Shown here piece after piece: positions 36,492 to 45,157 of a stretch of DNA of 64,000 bases. The notes below the pieces were generated by a model that made no database searches, was not told the DNA's origin, and worked only from the letters and a program-made list of their open reading frames with translations. Position 1 is the first letter of the stretch. The number at the start of each line of letters is the position of its first letter. This stretch comes from a virus. The translations under genes and the position numbers were made by a program. The stretch is from the IMG/VR virus record IMGVR_UViG_2799113103_000001, positions 3,854 to 67,853 of that record, one strand, 5' to 3'.

Positions 36492-37056
36492 GGGGCTCGG
36501 CTCCTATTCCCTTCTTGTCGCGCTCGTATGCGCGGCGGAAGCAGTCGCGGGTGGCCCGCGTGTCGCCGAGCGCGGTGTGTTCGGCGGTGTTGGTGACACC
36601 CAGCAGCTCGCAGCACCTTGCAAGGCCGGGTGGGTCGGCGGGGTCTATCTGGAAAAGTCCTGCGGTGTAGGCGGATAGGTCCGAGAGTCGGTACCGCCAA
36701 GGCTCGTTCGTGCGGGTCTGCGCACGCCAAACATGCTCGTAACCGGCCATCAGCATGTCCGCGTCGAATCGCGGATTCGCACCCCCGAGGGTCTTCCCGT
36801 CTAGCAGCTCGAACAAGTCCTGGTAGCAGTTCAGCGTCGCGGTGTCGCTGAGCTGATCGCGGTAAAGGGCGCGCTCGTAGTAACGGTTGATACGCATCGA
36901 CTCTGGGTCCGCGTTGCCCAGGGCCTCGGCTGAAATAGACGGGACGAAATGGATTTCGCGGCCCGTCTTTAGGTGGATCGCCGCCACCTCCACCGGCAGG
37001 TGCCGGTTGCGGTCCAATCCGGTTGTCTCAACGTCAACGACCCACAACTCGCTCAT
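36484..37056 (-). CDS. DnaQ-like DEDDh 3'-5' exonuclease (VVDVETTGLD, HTALGD)
   Basis: Exo I and Exo III motifs. Confidence 0.55.
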   Translation of the reverse strand: MSELWVVDVETTGLDRNRHLPVEVAAIHLKTGREIHFVPSISAEALGNADPESMRINRYYERALYRDQLSDTATLNCYQDLFELLDGKTLGGANPRFDADMLMAGYEHVWRAQTRTNEPWRYRLSDLSAYTAGLFQIDPADPPGLARCCELLGVTNTAEHTALGDTRATRDCFRRAYERDKKGIGAEPHA

Positions 37057-37352
37057 ATGGCCCTCCAGCGGGCCGACTTCACGTAGAGGTCGAGAAGCGG
37101 CTGCTGCCAAGGGCAGTAAGCCTCCACGGACAGCCGGACAATGCGGCCCGCGTCGGGGTACCTGAACCCTCGCTCGTGGAGTGCATTCCCGATGCGGTTG
37201 ATGCCCTTGAAAGTTGGATCGCCGCTGATCGCGATGCACAGCGCGCCACCAACATCGTTCGCGGCATCGTTCACCGGGTCGGCAGCCGCCGGGGCGGCAC
37301 AGGAGGCCACCAGCGCGAACGCTACGAAAGTCGCCAAGACTATTCGTATCAT
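37053..37352 (-). CDS. DUF732-like secreted lipoprotein (lipobox LVASC)
   Basis: signal peptide and lipobox; conserved Cys pair. Confidence 0.45.
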   Translation of the reverse strand: MIRIVLATFVAFALVASCAAPAAADPVNDAANDVGGALCIAISGDPTFKGINRIGNALHERGFRYPDAGRIVRLSVEAYCPWQQPLLDLYVKSARWRAI

Positions 37353-37513
37353 GCTGCAGCGCTCCAGATCTCGGCTGGTGTGCCGTGCCTTGCGGACAGT
37401 TCGTCCCAGATCGGATTCAGGCTTGGCGGCGCCGGTTCGGGTGCCGGTTGGATACCGAACAAGACACGCCGCAACCATCGGTGCTTCATGTTGTCTCCTT
37501 GTGCTGGTTGGTT

Positions 37514-37870
37514 TTACGTGAGGGCGAGCTGCTGGGAACCGCCCAGCCGGTAGTGCATTTCGCCGATACCGGCGGCGGTGACGTGGATGATCTGTGGGCG
37601 CTCCTTGGTCACACCGGCAGGTGTTTCGTACTCGCCGCCGGGCCGCAGAGCGATGTACCCGAGGGTCACGCTCTCCGGGTAGGCGTGCCAGCGTTGATCG
37701 CGGCCCCGTGTGATCCAGTCCTCGTTAGCCATTGCCTCGAACAACTGGTCGCGCCCGATGTTGATGGCAGGGTCTACGGACAGCAGGCGTGCGGCCTCGG
37801 ATACGGGGTAGTCCCCCATGAGATCCGTGAGATGCGCTGGCAGCTCAGGGCGTTGAAGGATGCGCGCCAT
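37514..37870 (-). CDS. hypothetical protein about 118 aa (alternatively the ORF extends to 38056)
   Basis: ORF track; uncertain start. Confidence 0.3.
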   Translation of the reverse strand: MARILQRPELPAHLTDLMGDYPVSEAARLLSVDPAINIGRDQLFEAMANEDWITRGRDQRWHAYPESVTLGYIALRPGGEYETPAGVTKERPQIIHVTAAGIGEMHYRLGGSQQLALT

Positions 37871-37994
37871 GGTGATCACCTGCTGGAGAGGACGTTCGTC
37901 ATCAGGACGGAGCCGAAGAACACGCCGAAGGCGAGTGCCCAGAGGACAGGCACCAGGGTCTCCCGGAGCCAGGGCACCACGGTCTCGCGGAACA

Positions 37995-38855
37995 TCACGC
38001 GAGCACCTGCTGTGTGGCGCCGATAACCTTGGGGAAGTTCGTTCCGTTCCACCCACCCTTGGGCTGCTGGAGCTTCGCGATGTGGCTGCCGGTCATCCAG
38101 CGGTTGAACGCGACAATGAAATAGCCGATGGCTTCGCGGTCAGAAATCTTGAAGCCCTCGCCGCGCACGCGGTCTAAACGGTTACGCAGGGCGAGGATTG
38201 GCGAGCCTGCCTCCAGCCCAGCACCGTCGAGTACTCGCTGGAAGAACACGCTGGTTGTCTCAACCCCATGCCAGTACGCGATGCCTGCGAACACCGCACG
38301 CACCAGGCCGGGCCGCGCCTTCACGCGATTGAAGGCGCCACCCCTGCGGATGAGCTCGAACACCTCGGGGTGCTCGGTGGCCCACTGCACAACATCCGTG
38401 GTCGTGATGGCGCCGGAGGCCTTATCGGTGTACAGCCATCCGCGCTGCCACACCATGAACGTCTTGACAGCGGAAGCGTCCGAGTTCGTGGAGTTGATAC
38501 CGGCGAGGTTCAGCTGATCGGATGCGCTCCGCCGGAGGCCCTGGTCCATGGTGCTCTGCGATTCCGCCGGCAGGCCCCGAACCACAAGCATTTCCACGGG
38601 CACGCCGCACAGGGAGATCGCGTGGAGGCGGTGCTGCCCGTCGAGAAGTGAGCCGTCCAGGCTGAACTTGATCGCCTCGCCGTTGAACTGCCAGCGGCCC
38701 GCCTCCATGTCGGCGGCTAGCTGGAGAATCTTCTTCTCGCTGAGGGGCCGGTTGCGGACGTTGAACTTGAGGTACTCGTCGGCGAGCTTGCCGTCGATCC
38801 TCTCGACATCGGACGTGACCATTTGGTTCCTCCGAAGTGGGATAGCATTCGACAC
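37995..38855 (-). CDS. ParB-like nuclease domain protein (DGQHRL motif)
   Basis: ParB N-terminal domain signature. Confidence 0.5.
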   Translation of the reverse strand: MSNAIPLRRNQMVTSDVERIDGKLADEYLKFNVRNRPLSEKKILQLAADMEAGRWQFNGEAIKFSLDGSLLDGQHRLHAISLCGVPVEMLVVRGLPAESQSTMDQGLRRSASDQLNLAGINSTNSDASAVKTFMVWQRGWLYTDKASGAITTTDVVQWATEHPEVFELIRRGGAFNRVKARPGLVRAVFAGIAYWHGVETTSVFFQRVLDGAGLEAGSPILALRNRLDRVRGEGFKISDREAIGYFIVAFNRWMTGSHIAKLQQPKGGWNGTNFPKVIGATQQVLA

Positions 38856-38876
38856 TGAGGTGCTCCTTCTGCTGGT

Positions 38877-39758
38877 TTACGAGGGCAACTTCTCGATGAC
38901 GCGTTGCAGCGCGTCTCGCGCGCGGATCAGATCGCTTGCGTAGATGGCGATTTGGTCCGCGTTCTTGTCGAAGCGGTCGTCAGCTGCCAGTGCCTCTACC
39001 CGCTTCACCGCCTTCGTCATGGCCGTGGTGGCTTCGGCGAAGGAGTCTGTGATCGGCTTCCGGCGGGGCGTGGGCACGGGAACCGGGACGGGGGCGGCGG
39101 GCGTGGGGAGCACGCAGGACTGGTGCTCGTCGCGCCAGTCCTGGAGTGCCAAGCGGTCTTCGTCTGCCGCCCCGGAGTAGAGGGTCATGGTGGATCCGCA
39201 CACGCACTTGGCGAGGCTCTCCACGGTCTCGAAGGTGGCGGCAGCGGGGGGAGCGCTCACCTCCGAGACCGTGGGAGCGCCCGTGGCCGCCTGCGCGGGG
39301 GGAGGCGCAGCATTGGCAGCCGCCGGGGGCTCATTCGGGAGGTCTGGGACAACCGTCAGCGTGGGCCGTACCGGCTGGGTCGGCTGGTAGGCCTTGCCGT
39401 TGGTGCCGGTGACGGGTGCTACTGAGTCATTTGACTCAGTAGGGGGTGCGGGGAGTTCGCGTTGCACGGTGCTCTGGCTGACCCCGGTTGCCGCCGCGAT
39501 GGCGCGTGTGGAGAGCCCGGAGTCGCGGAGAGACAGCACTACCTCGGCGCGGGTCTCGCGGGGCAGCTTGAACCAGGTGGAGGCGAACTCGCGCTCGCAG
39601 TACACGTCCCAGGACGGATATCCGAGGACGGCCCATGCCCGCTGGGTGTATGCCTTAGCTATGAGGTCCCAGACGCGATTGACGGAGCTGCGGATGCTCT
39701 CGGTGAGTGCCCGCGCGTCACTCGGCGACATCGCGGTCACGGAGACGGCGGACATCAT
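38877..39758 (-). CDS. HTH DNA-binding domain protein 293 aa (LSTRAIAAATGVSQSTVQR)
   Basis: sigma region-4-like HTH. Confidence 0.45.
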   Translation of the reverse strand: MMSAVSVTAMSPSDARALTESIRSSVNRVWDLIAKAYTQRAWAVLGYPSWDVYCEREFASTWFKLPRETRAEVVLSLRDSGLSTRAIAAATGVSQSTVQRELPAPPTESNDSVAPVTGTNGKAYQPTQPVRPTLTVVPDLPNEPPAAANAAPPPAQAATGAPTVSEVSAPPAAATFETVESLAKCVCGSTMTLYSGAADEDRLALQDWRDEHQSCVLPTPAAPVPVPVPTPRRKPITDSFAEATTAMTKAVKRVEALAADDRFDKNADQIAIYASDLIRARDALQRVIEKLPS

Positions 39759-40009
39759 GCGGCCTTGGAGGCAGAGTCGGGCAGAAGAGAGGTGATGGAG
39801 ATGCCCAGAAACCGGGCGATGCCGTCGAGGTCGGCAAGGGTGAAGCTCAATTCCCCTGTGAGTCGGCGACTTACGTACTGCCGGGTGCGGCGGAGGGGAA
39901 CGGCGGCGTCAGTGGCGGTGAAGCGGCGGCGGGCGAGCTCGGCTCGGATGGTCGCACCAACCATTTCATCCAACGTCAGAACGTTACTCACAGCGTAACG
40001 ATAACTCAT
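39755..40009 (-). CDS. Cro-like XRE-family HTH protein 84 aa, divergent from the repressor
   Basis: HTH QYVSRRLTGE; position relative to the repressor. Confidence 0.5.
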   Translation of the reverse strand: MSYRYAVSNVLTLDEMVGATIRAELARRRFTATDAAVPLRRTRQYVSRRLTGELSFTLADLDGIARFLGISITSLLPDSASKAA

Positions 40010-40125
40010 AGCAAGTAACGGCGCTACCGTTTGGAGATACGGCGCGCCGGTTTAAGTGAGGTGTGAGTTACTTTTCCGGTCGTTTAGTTAGCTTTAACTT
40101 TCACCACGACCGCTAGACGGCTATC
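40010..40125. promoter_or_regulatory. divergent repressor/cro switch region with inverted repeats (AGTAAC..GTTACT; AACGG-n5-CCGTT)
   Basis: 116-bp AT-enriched intergenic region between divergent HTH genes. Confidence 0.45.
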
Positions 40126-40581
40126 ATGAGCGCTATGAGTACGTTGTATTCGGTTCCGAACGAGACCCTGTCCCAGACAGTGGCCCGCCGAATCCGGGGG
40201 CTGCTCGGGGAGAAGCGCATCTCTCAGGCCAAGTTCGCCAAGATGCTGGAGACGAACACCGCGAGCATGTCGCGGCGGCTCTCAGGCGAATACCCCATCG
40301 ACCTGGCTGAGGTTGAAAAGTATGCAGCCGCACTGGGGGTGTCCCCAATGCGGCTGTTGACTGGTCGGCCTGACGGCAGTGGCCCGGATGGACCTGATGT
40401 GCGCCCGAAGGGATTCGAACCCCTAACCTTCTGGTTAGGGGTTCCCAAGTCGCCTGCGTCTTCCGATAGCGCCATCACTGATCTGGGCGAGTATCGCAGG
40501 GCGCGACGCCACACGCCAACACGCCACGCACCAGCCGCCTCTCACCCGGACCGTGCGGGCCTCGATGCGGGCGCGGCGTGA
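40126..40581 (+). CDS. immunity repressor, XRE-family HTH, 151 aa virion form ending ..DAGAA; attP core lies inside the ORF
   Basis: HTH ISQAKFAKMLETNTASMSRRLSG; tRNA-3'-end-like sequence at codons about 92-106; Ala-Ala C-terminus. Confidence 0.6.
   Translation: MSAMSTLYSVPNETLSQTVARRIRGLLGEKRISQAKFAKMLETNTASMSRRLSGEYPIDLAEVEKYAAALGVSPMRLLTGRPDGSGPDGPDVRPKGFEPLTFWLGVPKSPASSDSAITDLGEYRRARRHTPTRHAPAASHPDRAGLDAGAA
40401..40445 (-). other. putative attP common core: tRNA 3' end mimic (AGGGGTTCGAATCCCTTCGGGCGCA on the minus strand) with a 9-bp inverted repeat CCCCTAACC-n4-GGTTAGGGG
   Basis: T-loop GGTTCGAATCC plus a 7-nt acceptor strand; no matching 5' half nearby. Confidence 0.45.
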
Positions 40582-40583
40582 GC

Positions 40584-41270
40584 CTAAGCCGCATCCTCGC
40601 CGGACTGGGCGTGCCGCCGGGCTCCGACCACACCGGCCAACGACAGCGCCGTGAAGCTGACGAGCTGGATCGTCCAGACGATTGGGTAGGTGGCCTCCAG
40701 CGACCAGCGAAGCGTGTACATATCGACGCGATCCACGATCATGAGCAGCGGGTAGAGGGCACCAACCAGACCGTAAATTCCGAAGAGCCAGAACAGTACT
40801 CGGTTCTGGTGACCCCTTCTCGCGCCGATGACGGCGGCGATATGGGTGGGCAGCAGACCGGCCGAAAGCAGCCACGAGAACACGTAGCTCGGCGGCCCGG
40901 GGATCGTCTCGACCACGAGGCTCGGGGTGGTGGAGAGGTTGGTGATCAGGTACACGGCGCTCATGCCGATGATCGATGCCCATGTAATCACCAGTGCCCA
41001 AAGAGTATTGAGACCTGCGACCTCGCATGTGGTGCGCGCGAAGATGTACGAGGAAGCCACCATGAGCACGTAGGTGATGATTTGCGACAAGTTCGCCAAG
41101 CCAGTCAATTCCATCAGCGGCGGGTCCAGGGTCGTGACGAGCGCGCTGACGAGCTGCGAAACGCTGGTCACCCACAGCCCGATAGTCAGCAGCCACGGCG
41201 CACGTACGACCGTCCGGTAGAGCGCCGAGAGCGCAAGAACCACAGCGCACGCAGTGCCGAGTGGGTCCAT
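40584..41270 (-). CDS. polytopic membrane protein 228 aa (about 6 TM), convergent with the repressor
   Basis: hydrophobicity pattern. Confidence 0.5.
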   Translation of the reverse strand: MDPLGTACAVVLALSALYRTVVRAPWLLTIGLWVTSVSQLVSALVTTLDPPLMELTGLANLSQIITYVLMVASSYIFARTTCEVAGLNTLWALVITWASIIGMSAVYLITNLSTTPSLVVETIPGPPSYVFSWLLSAGLLPTHIAAVIGARRGHQNRVLFWLFGIYGLVGALYPLLMIVDRVDMYTLRWSLEATYPIVWTIQLVSFTALSLAGVVGARRHAQSGEDAA

Positions 41271-41566
41271 CAGAAACCTTTCTCGAAGATCTCAGCAGCG
41301 GTTGGCCGCCTCTTAGGCCGGTCGGGGGTATCGCGGATAGCTTCCGCGATGACCTCCATGAGATCGGCATCCAGGGCGTTGGCGATCAGGTCTGCGTCGT
41401 CAAGTCCGATTGGCTGCGTACCGGTACGGCGCGACCCCAGCAGCCGCGACACCTTGTCGGCGGTGTAGCCGGTGCGCTTGGCGATGGTGTGCTGGTCGAT
41501 CTGCTTCTTCGCGGCGATGGCGCGGAGGACAGCACTGACGGCACGGGACAAGGGGTGTTGGCGCAC
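41270..41566 (-). CDS. HTH DNA-binding protein 98 aa
   Basis: HTH HTIAKRTGYTADKVSRLL. Confidence 0.45.
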   Translation of the reverse strand: MRQHPLSRAVSAVLRAIAAKKQIDQHTIAKRTGYTADKVSRLLGSRRTGTQPIGLDDADLIANALDADLMEVIAEAIRDTPDRPKRRPTAAEIFEKGF

Positions 41567-41761
41567 GTGTAACAGAATAAACGCAAATTACCAGAATCTC
41601 TGGCGTTTATTAATAACCCCAGCTATCGTCCGTTTTCTAGTCACGTCGGGGAGGCGCTACTTTCAAGCAAGGGGGCTTGCAATAATGTTGGAAAGTCTTG
41701 TGGTACAGGGGTATTCGCAGCACTATATTGGCGCCCACGCCAGGGCGAGGGGGCCGCAACG
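41567..41761. promoter_or_regulatory. AT-rich divergent promoter region with a 9-bp inverted repeat AATAAACGC-n19-GCGTTTATT
   Basis: direct reading. Confidence 0.35.
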
Positions 41762-42727
41762 ATGAGCTCAGGCCCACAACCGCTCCCCGTCCCTCATGAG
41801 TGGCAGCCACTCGTTGACCGGTATCGGCTCGCACTCCAGGCAGCCGGATACCCGAAGACCACCATCGGCACCCGGATGTCCCACATGAACCGGATCGCCA
41901 GATCCTTGGCGGTTCCGCCCGAGGGAGTGACACACGATCTACTCGAGGTGTGGTTCGCGCACCAAACCCAGTGGGCTCAAGAGACCCGGCGCGGCTATCG
42001 CACCTCAGCGACGAAATTCTTTGGCTGGGCCCACGCAGCAGGCCACATACCAATCGACCCATCCACGAAACTGCCGCCAGTGAAGCCGGGGCAACCCACG
42101 CCGAACCCCGCACCTGACCGCATCTGGAAAGAAGCGCTCCTCGCGGCCGACGCCAGAACCACGGTCATGCTGCACCTCGCTTGCGGGGCCGGGCTTCGAC
42201 GGGCCGAAGTCGCACAAGTCCACACCGATGACCTCCGGGAGGGCTTCTCCGGGTACCAGCTGCTCGTGCACGGCAAGGGGGCCAAGGACCGCCTGATCCC
42301 GATCTCAGACGAGATCGCAGCGATGATCCTCGCCGGGCCGGGCGGCCACACCCCCGGTCACGGCAACCGAGGATTCTTGTTCCCTGGGGCCGATGGCGGC
42401 CACCTCTCCGCACGGTGGGTCGGAAAGCTCTGCGCAGCAGCGATGCCGGGGGTTTGGACGATGCATAAGCTGCGGCACCGGTTCTCTACCCGCGCATACC
42501 AGCGCACCCGGAACCTCCGCGCCCTCCAGCAGCTCCTCGGGCATGCGAGCGTCGCCACCACGCAGATCTACACTGCGGTCGATGACGACGAGATGCGGGA
42601 GACGATGCTCGCCGCTACTGACACCAGCCCGCGACCTTGGACGCGATGGGCGAGTTCTGCAGCCGGGGTCGTTGTTGCGGCAAGCGCCGCGACACTAGCC
42701 AGTCATGCGGTGTCGCTAGTACCTTAA
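41762..42727 (+). CDS. int: tyrosine integrase (R..HxxR..Y catalytic C-terminus LRHRFSTRAY...QIYTAVDDD), 321 aa, no arm-binding N-domain
   Basis: tyrosine recombinase signature motifs. Confidence 0.75.
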   Translation: MSSGPQPLPVPHEWQPLVDRYRLALQAAGYPKTTIGTRMSHMNRIARSLAVPPEGVTHDLLEVWFAHQTQWAQETRRGYRTSATKFFGWAHAAGHIPIDPSTKLPPVKPGQPTPNPAPDRIWKEALLAADARTTVMLHLACGAGLRRAEVAQVHTDDLREGFSGYQLLVHGKGAKDRLIPISDEIAAMILAGPGGHTPGHGNRGFLFPGADGGHLSARWVGKLCAAAMPGVWTMHKLRHRFSTRAYQRTRNLRALQQLLGHASVATTQIYTAVDDDEMRETMLAATDTSPRPWTRWASSAAGVVVAASAATLASHAVSLVP

Positions 42728-42732
42728 CCGCT

Positions 42733-43164
42733 ATGGACCTGCGGAAACTCGCCTTGTGTGCGCTCTCAGCGGTGGCGCTGGCTGGATGCAGTCAGCCTGC
42801 CGGCCAAACTGCTGCCGGCGGAAGCACGGTCGTCACGTCGGTGATCGTGTCGGTACCGGCGGCGGCGCGGGAAACTGTCACCGTGACGGCGCAACCAACT
42901 TCCGTAACCCCGGAGGAGGGCGACCCTAACGACCAGGCGTTCATGGCCGTGCTTGTGCAGCACGACATCAACGTGGGCAGCCGCGCGCAGTCGATCGCAC
43001 TGGGACACAGGGTCTGTGATTGGTTCGAGGAGCGGCCAGACAATGACTTGGCCGCCGCCGTGAAGGGCATCGTCCAGAGCTACCCGAAGATCTCCCAGGA
43101 GCAAGCTGCGCTCTTGGCTGGCGCGGCGGGCCGCGCGTATTGCCCGGACACTCGAATCAGGTAG
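42733..43164 (+). CDS. DUF732-like lipoprotein (lipobox LAGC)
   Basis: signal peptide MDLRKLALCALSAVALAGC; Cys pair VCDW..YCPD. Confidence 0.5.
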   Translation: MDLRKLALCALSAVALAGCSQPAGQTAAGGSTVVTSVIVSVPAAARETVTVTAQPTSVTPEEGDPNDQAFMAVLVQHDINVGSRAQSIALGHRVCDWFEERPDNDLAAAVKGIVQSYPKISQEQAALLAGAAGRAYCPDTRIR

Positions 43165-43182
43165 CACCCTCTCCAAACGACA

Positions 43183-43219
43183 GAGGGGGTCAGCCCGTAA
43201 CGGGCTGACCCCCTCGCAC
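43183..43219. terminator. bidirectional stem-loop terminator GGGGGTCAGCCCG-TAAC-GGGCTGACCCCC between convergent genes
   Basis: 13-bp perfect GC-rich stem. Confidence 0.5.
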
Positions 43220-43233
43220 AGCGGGACCTTCTA

Positions 43234-43383
43234 ATCGAGGTCGGTGACCCCGCACTCCGCCAGAACCTCACGGGCGACACGAGCGTCCTCGCTCCCGTCC
43301 GGTGCCTCGGCGAGCACCTTGCGCGCCCACCTGATGAGGCCTGCGGTGTCCGGTGCCACGTTCAACGTGTTAGCGGTCATTTC
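43234..43383 (-). CDS. small protein 49 aa (not in the ORF track)
   Basis: own translation MTANTLNVAPDTAGLIRW... Confidence 0.3.
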
Positions 43384-43415
43384 TCTCAATTCCCTTCCAG
43401 TTCTTGCTTGTCTGG

Positions 43416-44603
43416 TTACCGGCGAGCTGCGGCGAGCATCGCGTCTACCCCGGTGGCGGCGAAGTCGTTGGAGCGGTCAACGTCCTCGATCTCTTGAGCG
43501 TACGAGGTGACCGCGTGCATCACTCCGCCAGCCGTGAGCTGGCCGCCCTTGATGAAGTGGTCCAGGATGCCCTTCATCTCGTCCTGCGAGTAGGCCAGCT
43601 TCTTGCCCACAGTCTCGATGGTGCCCTGCGCGTCTTCCAGTGGGACAGCGCTTGTCTGCTCCAGCTTGGCGACGGTGCGGGTGACGTAGTCCACGTTCAT
43701 GAACGAGGTGACTGCGTCCTTGACCTGCTGCTTGACGAGCTCGTTCGATGCGTCGATGGTCTCGGTGGACCATTCGATCTGGCCTTCATCGAGCTTCTTA
43801 CCGAGGTGGACCTTCCGCATCGCGTCGGCGTTGATGGTCATGCCGTTGTCGCACACCAGGACCCGCAGCTCTGGGGTGATGGTGAGTGCGCCGCCACCGG
43901 TTTCGCTGTTGGTGACGAGGAGGCCCGCGTAAACCAGCTTGGGGTTCTCGGCGGCCTCGCCACCGTGGCCGGTGCCCTGGAACGGTGAGCGGTAGTTCTC
44001 CAGCAGCTTCTCCGCTTGAACGCCGTACTCGCGGGCCGTGACGCGGAGATACAGCCGGTCATCGGTGAGGTCGCAGCTGCGGATGTGGGTCTCGTTGAGA
44101 CCGGCAGCCTGCATCCCGTCCAGCAGCGCGAGCACGGTGTCGAGGTTGTCGCGGATGCCGTACTTGTCCGAGAGCACCGCGCGGACGATTCCGTTCGAAT
44201 CGGGGTAGAGGGGGTCGGTGCCGTAGAGGGTGCGGACGAGAACCTTCTTCTCGGGATCGGCCATGATGGCCAACTCGTTGAAGTTGGTGTCCAGCAGCTC
44301 GACGTGCTGCGCGCGCAGCTTGCGTACGTACTTGGTGGGGATGTCGAGCACGTTCCCCAGCTGAGCGTCGGCCAGTCCGGTCATGCGGAACGCGCCGTTT
44401 ACCTCGGTCACCCCGCGCTCATCGATGTGGGGCTCGAAGCCGTCGAGGATGAGTTCGCCGTGCTCGAAGTGGATACGGGACATCGGGACCACGAGGTCGG
44501 CCTTGTGGGCGTGCTGGTGTTGGAGAAGTTCCACCAAGGAGGCGAGGTCGCCCCGGCGGAGGGTGCGTTGCGGGAGGGCCGGGAGGGTGGCGGGAGCGGT
44601 CAT
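43416..44603 (-). CDS. DUF932-like phage/plasmid protein 395 aa (not a capsid protein)
   Basis: size and position in the lysogeny-proximal region; weak family resemblance. Confidence 0.35.
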   Translation of the reverse strand: MTAPATLPALPQRTLRRGDLASLVELLQHQHAHKADLVVPMSRIHFEHGELILDGFEPHIDERGVTEVNGAFRMTGLADAQLGNVLDIPTKYVRKLRAQHVELLDTNFNELAIMADPEKKVLVRTLYGTDPLYPDSNGIVRAVLSDKYGIRDNLDTVLALLDGMQAAGLNETHIRSCDLTDDRLYLRVTAREYGVQAEKLLENYRSPFQGTGHGGEAAENPKLVYAGLLVTNSETGGGALTITPELRVLVCDNGMTINADAMRKVHLGKKLDEGQIEWSTETIDASNELVKQQVKDAVTSFMNVDYVTRTVAKLEQTSAVPLEDAQGTIETVGKKLAYSQDEMKGILDHFIKGGQLTAGGVMHAVTSYAQEIEDVDRSNDFAATGVDAMLAAARR

Positions 44604-44663
44604 CTGAGCATTCCTTTCGAGTATTCAGCGAGGCAGCGAACCATTCGCTAGACTGACTTCAAA

Positions 44664-44686
44664 AGTATAGCGCGCTTTACCGACAT
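44664..44686 (-). promoter_or_regulatory. copy 1 of the repeated motif GGTAAAGCG(C/G)GCTATACTT (imperfect 14-bp palindrome TATAGCGCGCTTTA), upstream of DUF932
   Basis: repeat seen twice, each upstream of a minus-strand gene. Confidence 0.4.
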
Positions 44687-44837
44687 AGCGCTCGTCCGCT
44701 GCATAAATAATCTATTTACCCAGGTGGCTAGATAGCCATCTCTGAATTTGCCCACGTGCAGCGTTCAACCAGTCAAGAAAGGGTTGTCTCGCTACGCGAC
44801 GGGGAGGGGCGATAACAGGAGCTAGCCGGGCCGGTGG

Positions 44838-45044
44838 TTACCGGGTGCCGCGCCAGATCTGCCCAACGCGCTGCTTGGTCAGGCCAGCGGCCTCACCAAT
44901 CTCAGGCTGGGTCAGGCCGAGGTTCTGGCCATCCTTGATCGCTTCAATGAGCAGCGACTCAGCGCTCTCGCGGCGCGCACGACGGCGGGCGATGAGTTCC
45001 AGGTGTGCCACCTGCTCCTCGCTCAGCTTCCGCTCACGCACCAT
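44838..45044 (-). CDS. small HTH DNA-binding protein 68 aa
   Basis: HTH GLTQPEIGEAAGLTKQRVGQIW. Confidence 0.45.
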   Translation of the reverse strand: MVRERKLSEEQVAHLELIARRRARRESAESLLIEAIKDGQNLGLTQPEIGEAAGLTKQRVGQIWRGTR

Positions 45045-45045
45045 G

Positions 45046-45070
45046 CGGCGAAGTATAGCCCGCTTTACCT
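45046..45070 (-). promoter_or_regulatory. copy 2 of the same motif, upstream of the 44838-45044 HTH gene
   Basis: sequence AAGTATAGCCCGCTTTACCTA. Confidence 0.4.
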
Positions 45071-45157
45071 ATCAGCAAACGAACGAAGTCCGCCCCCCGG
45101 CCCGAAGGCCAGAGGGCGGACCAACTGGAACGAGATCAGCTGAGGGCGGTCACCGTG

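Noticed and set aside
37514-38056. Full 180-aa ORF beginning MGGTERTS
   Set aside because: The N-terminal 62 codons overlap the ParB-like gene and are Arg/Pro-rich. The internal start at MARILQ (37870) was preferred, at low confidence.
40401-40445. A functional tRNA gene inside the repressor ORF
   Set aside because: Only the 3' roughly 30 nt (T-arm plus acceptor strand) are present, with no D-arm or 5' acceptor. Interpreted as the attP common core copied from a host tRNA 3' end.
43416-44603. Major capsid protein (395 aa ORF sitting between the lysis genes and the integrase)
   Set aside because: The capsid should lie upstream of the tail genes, beyond 64 kb in this orientation. No HK97-type signature was recognised, and the position matches DUF932-like accessory genes near int.
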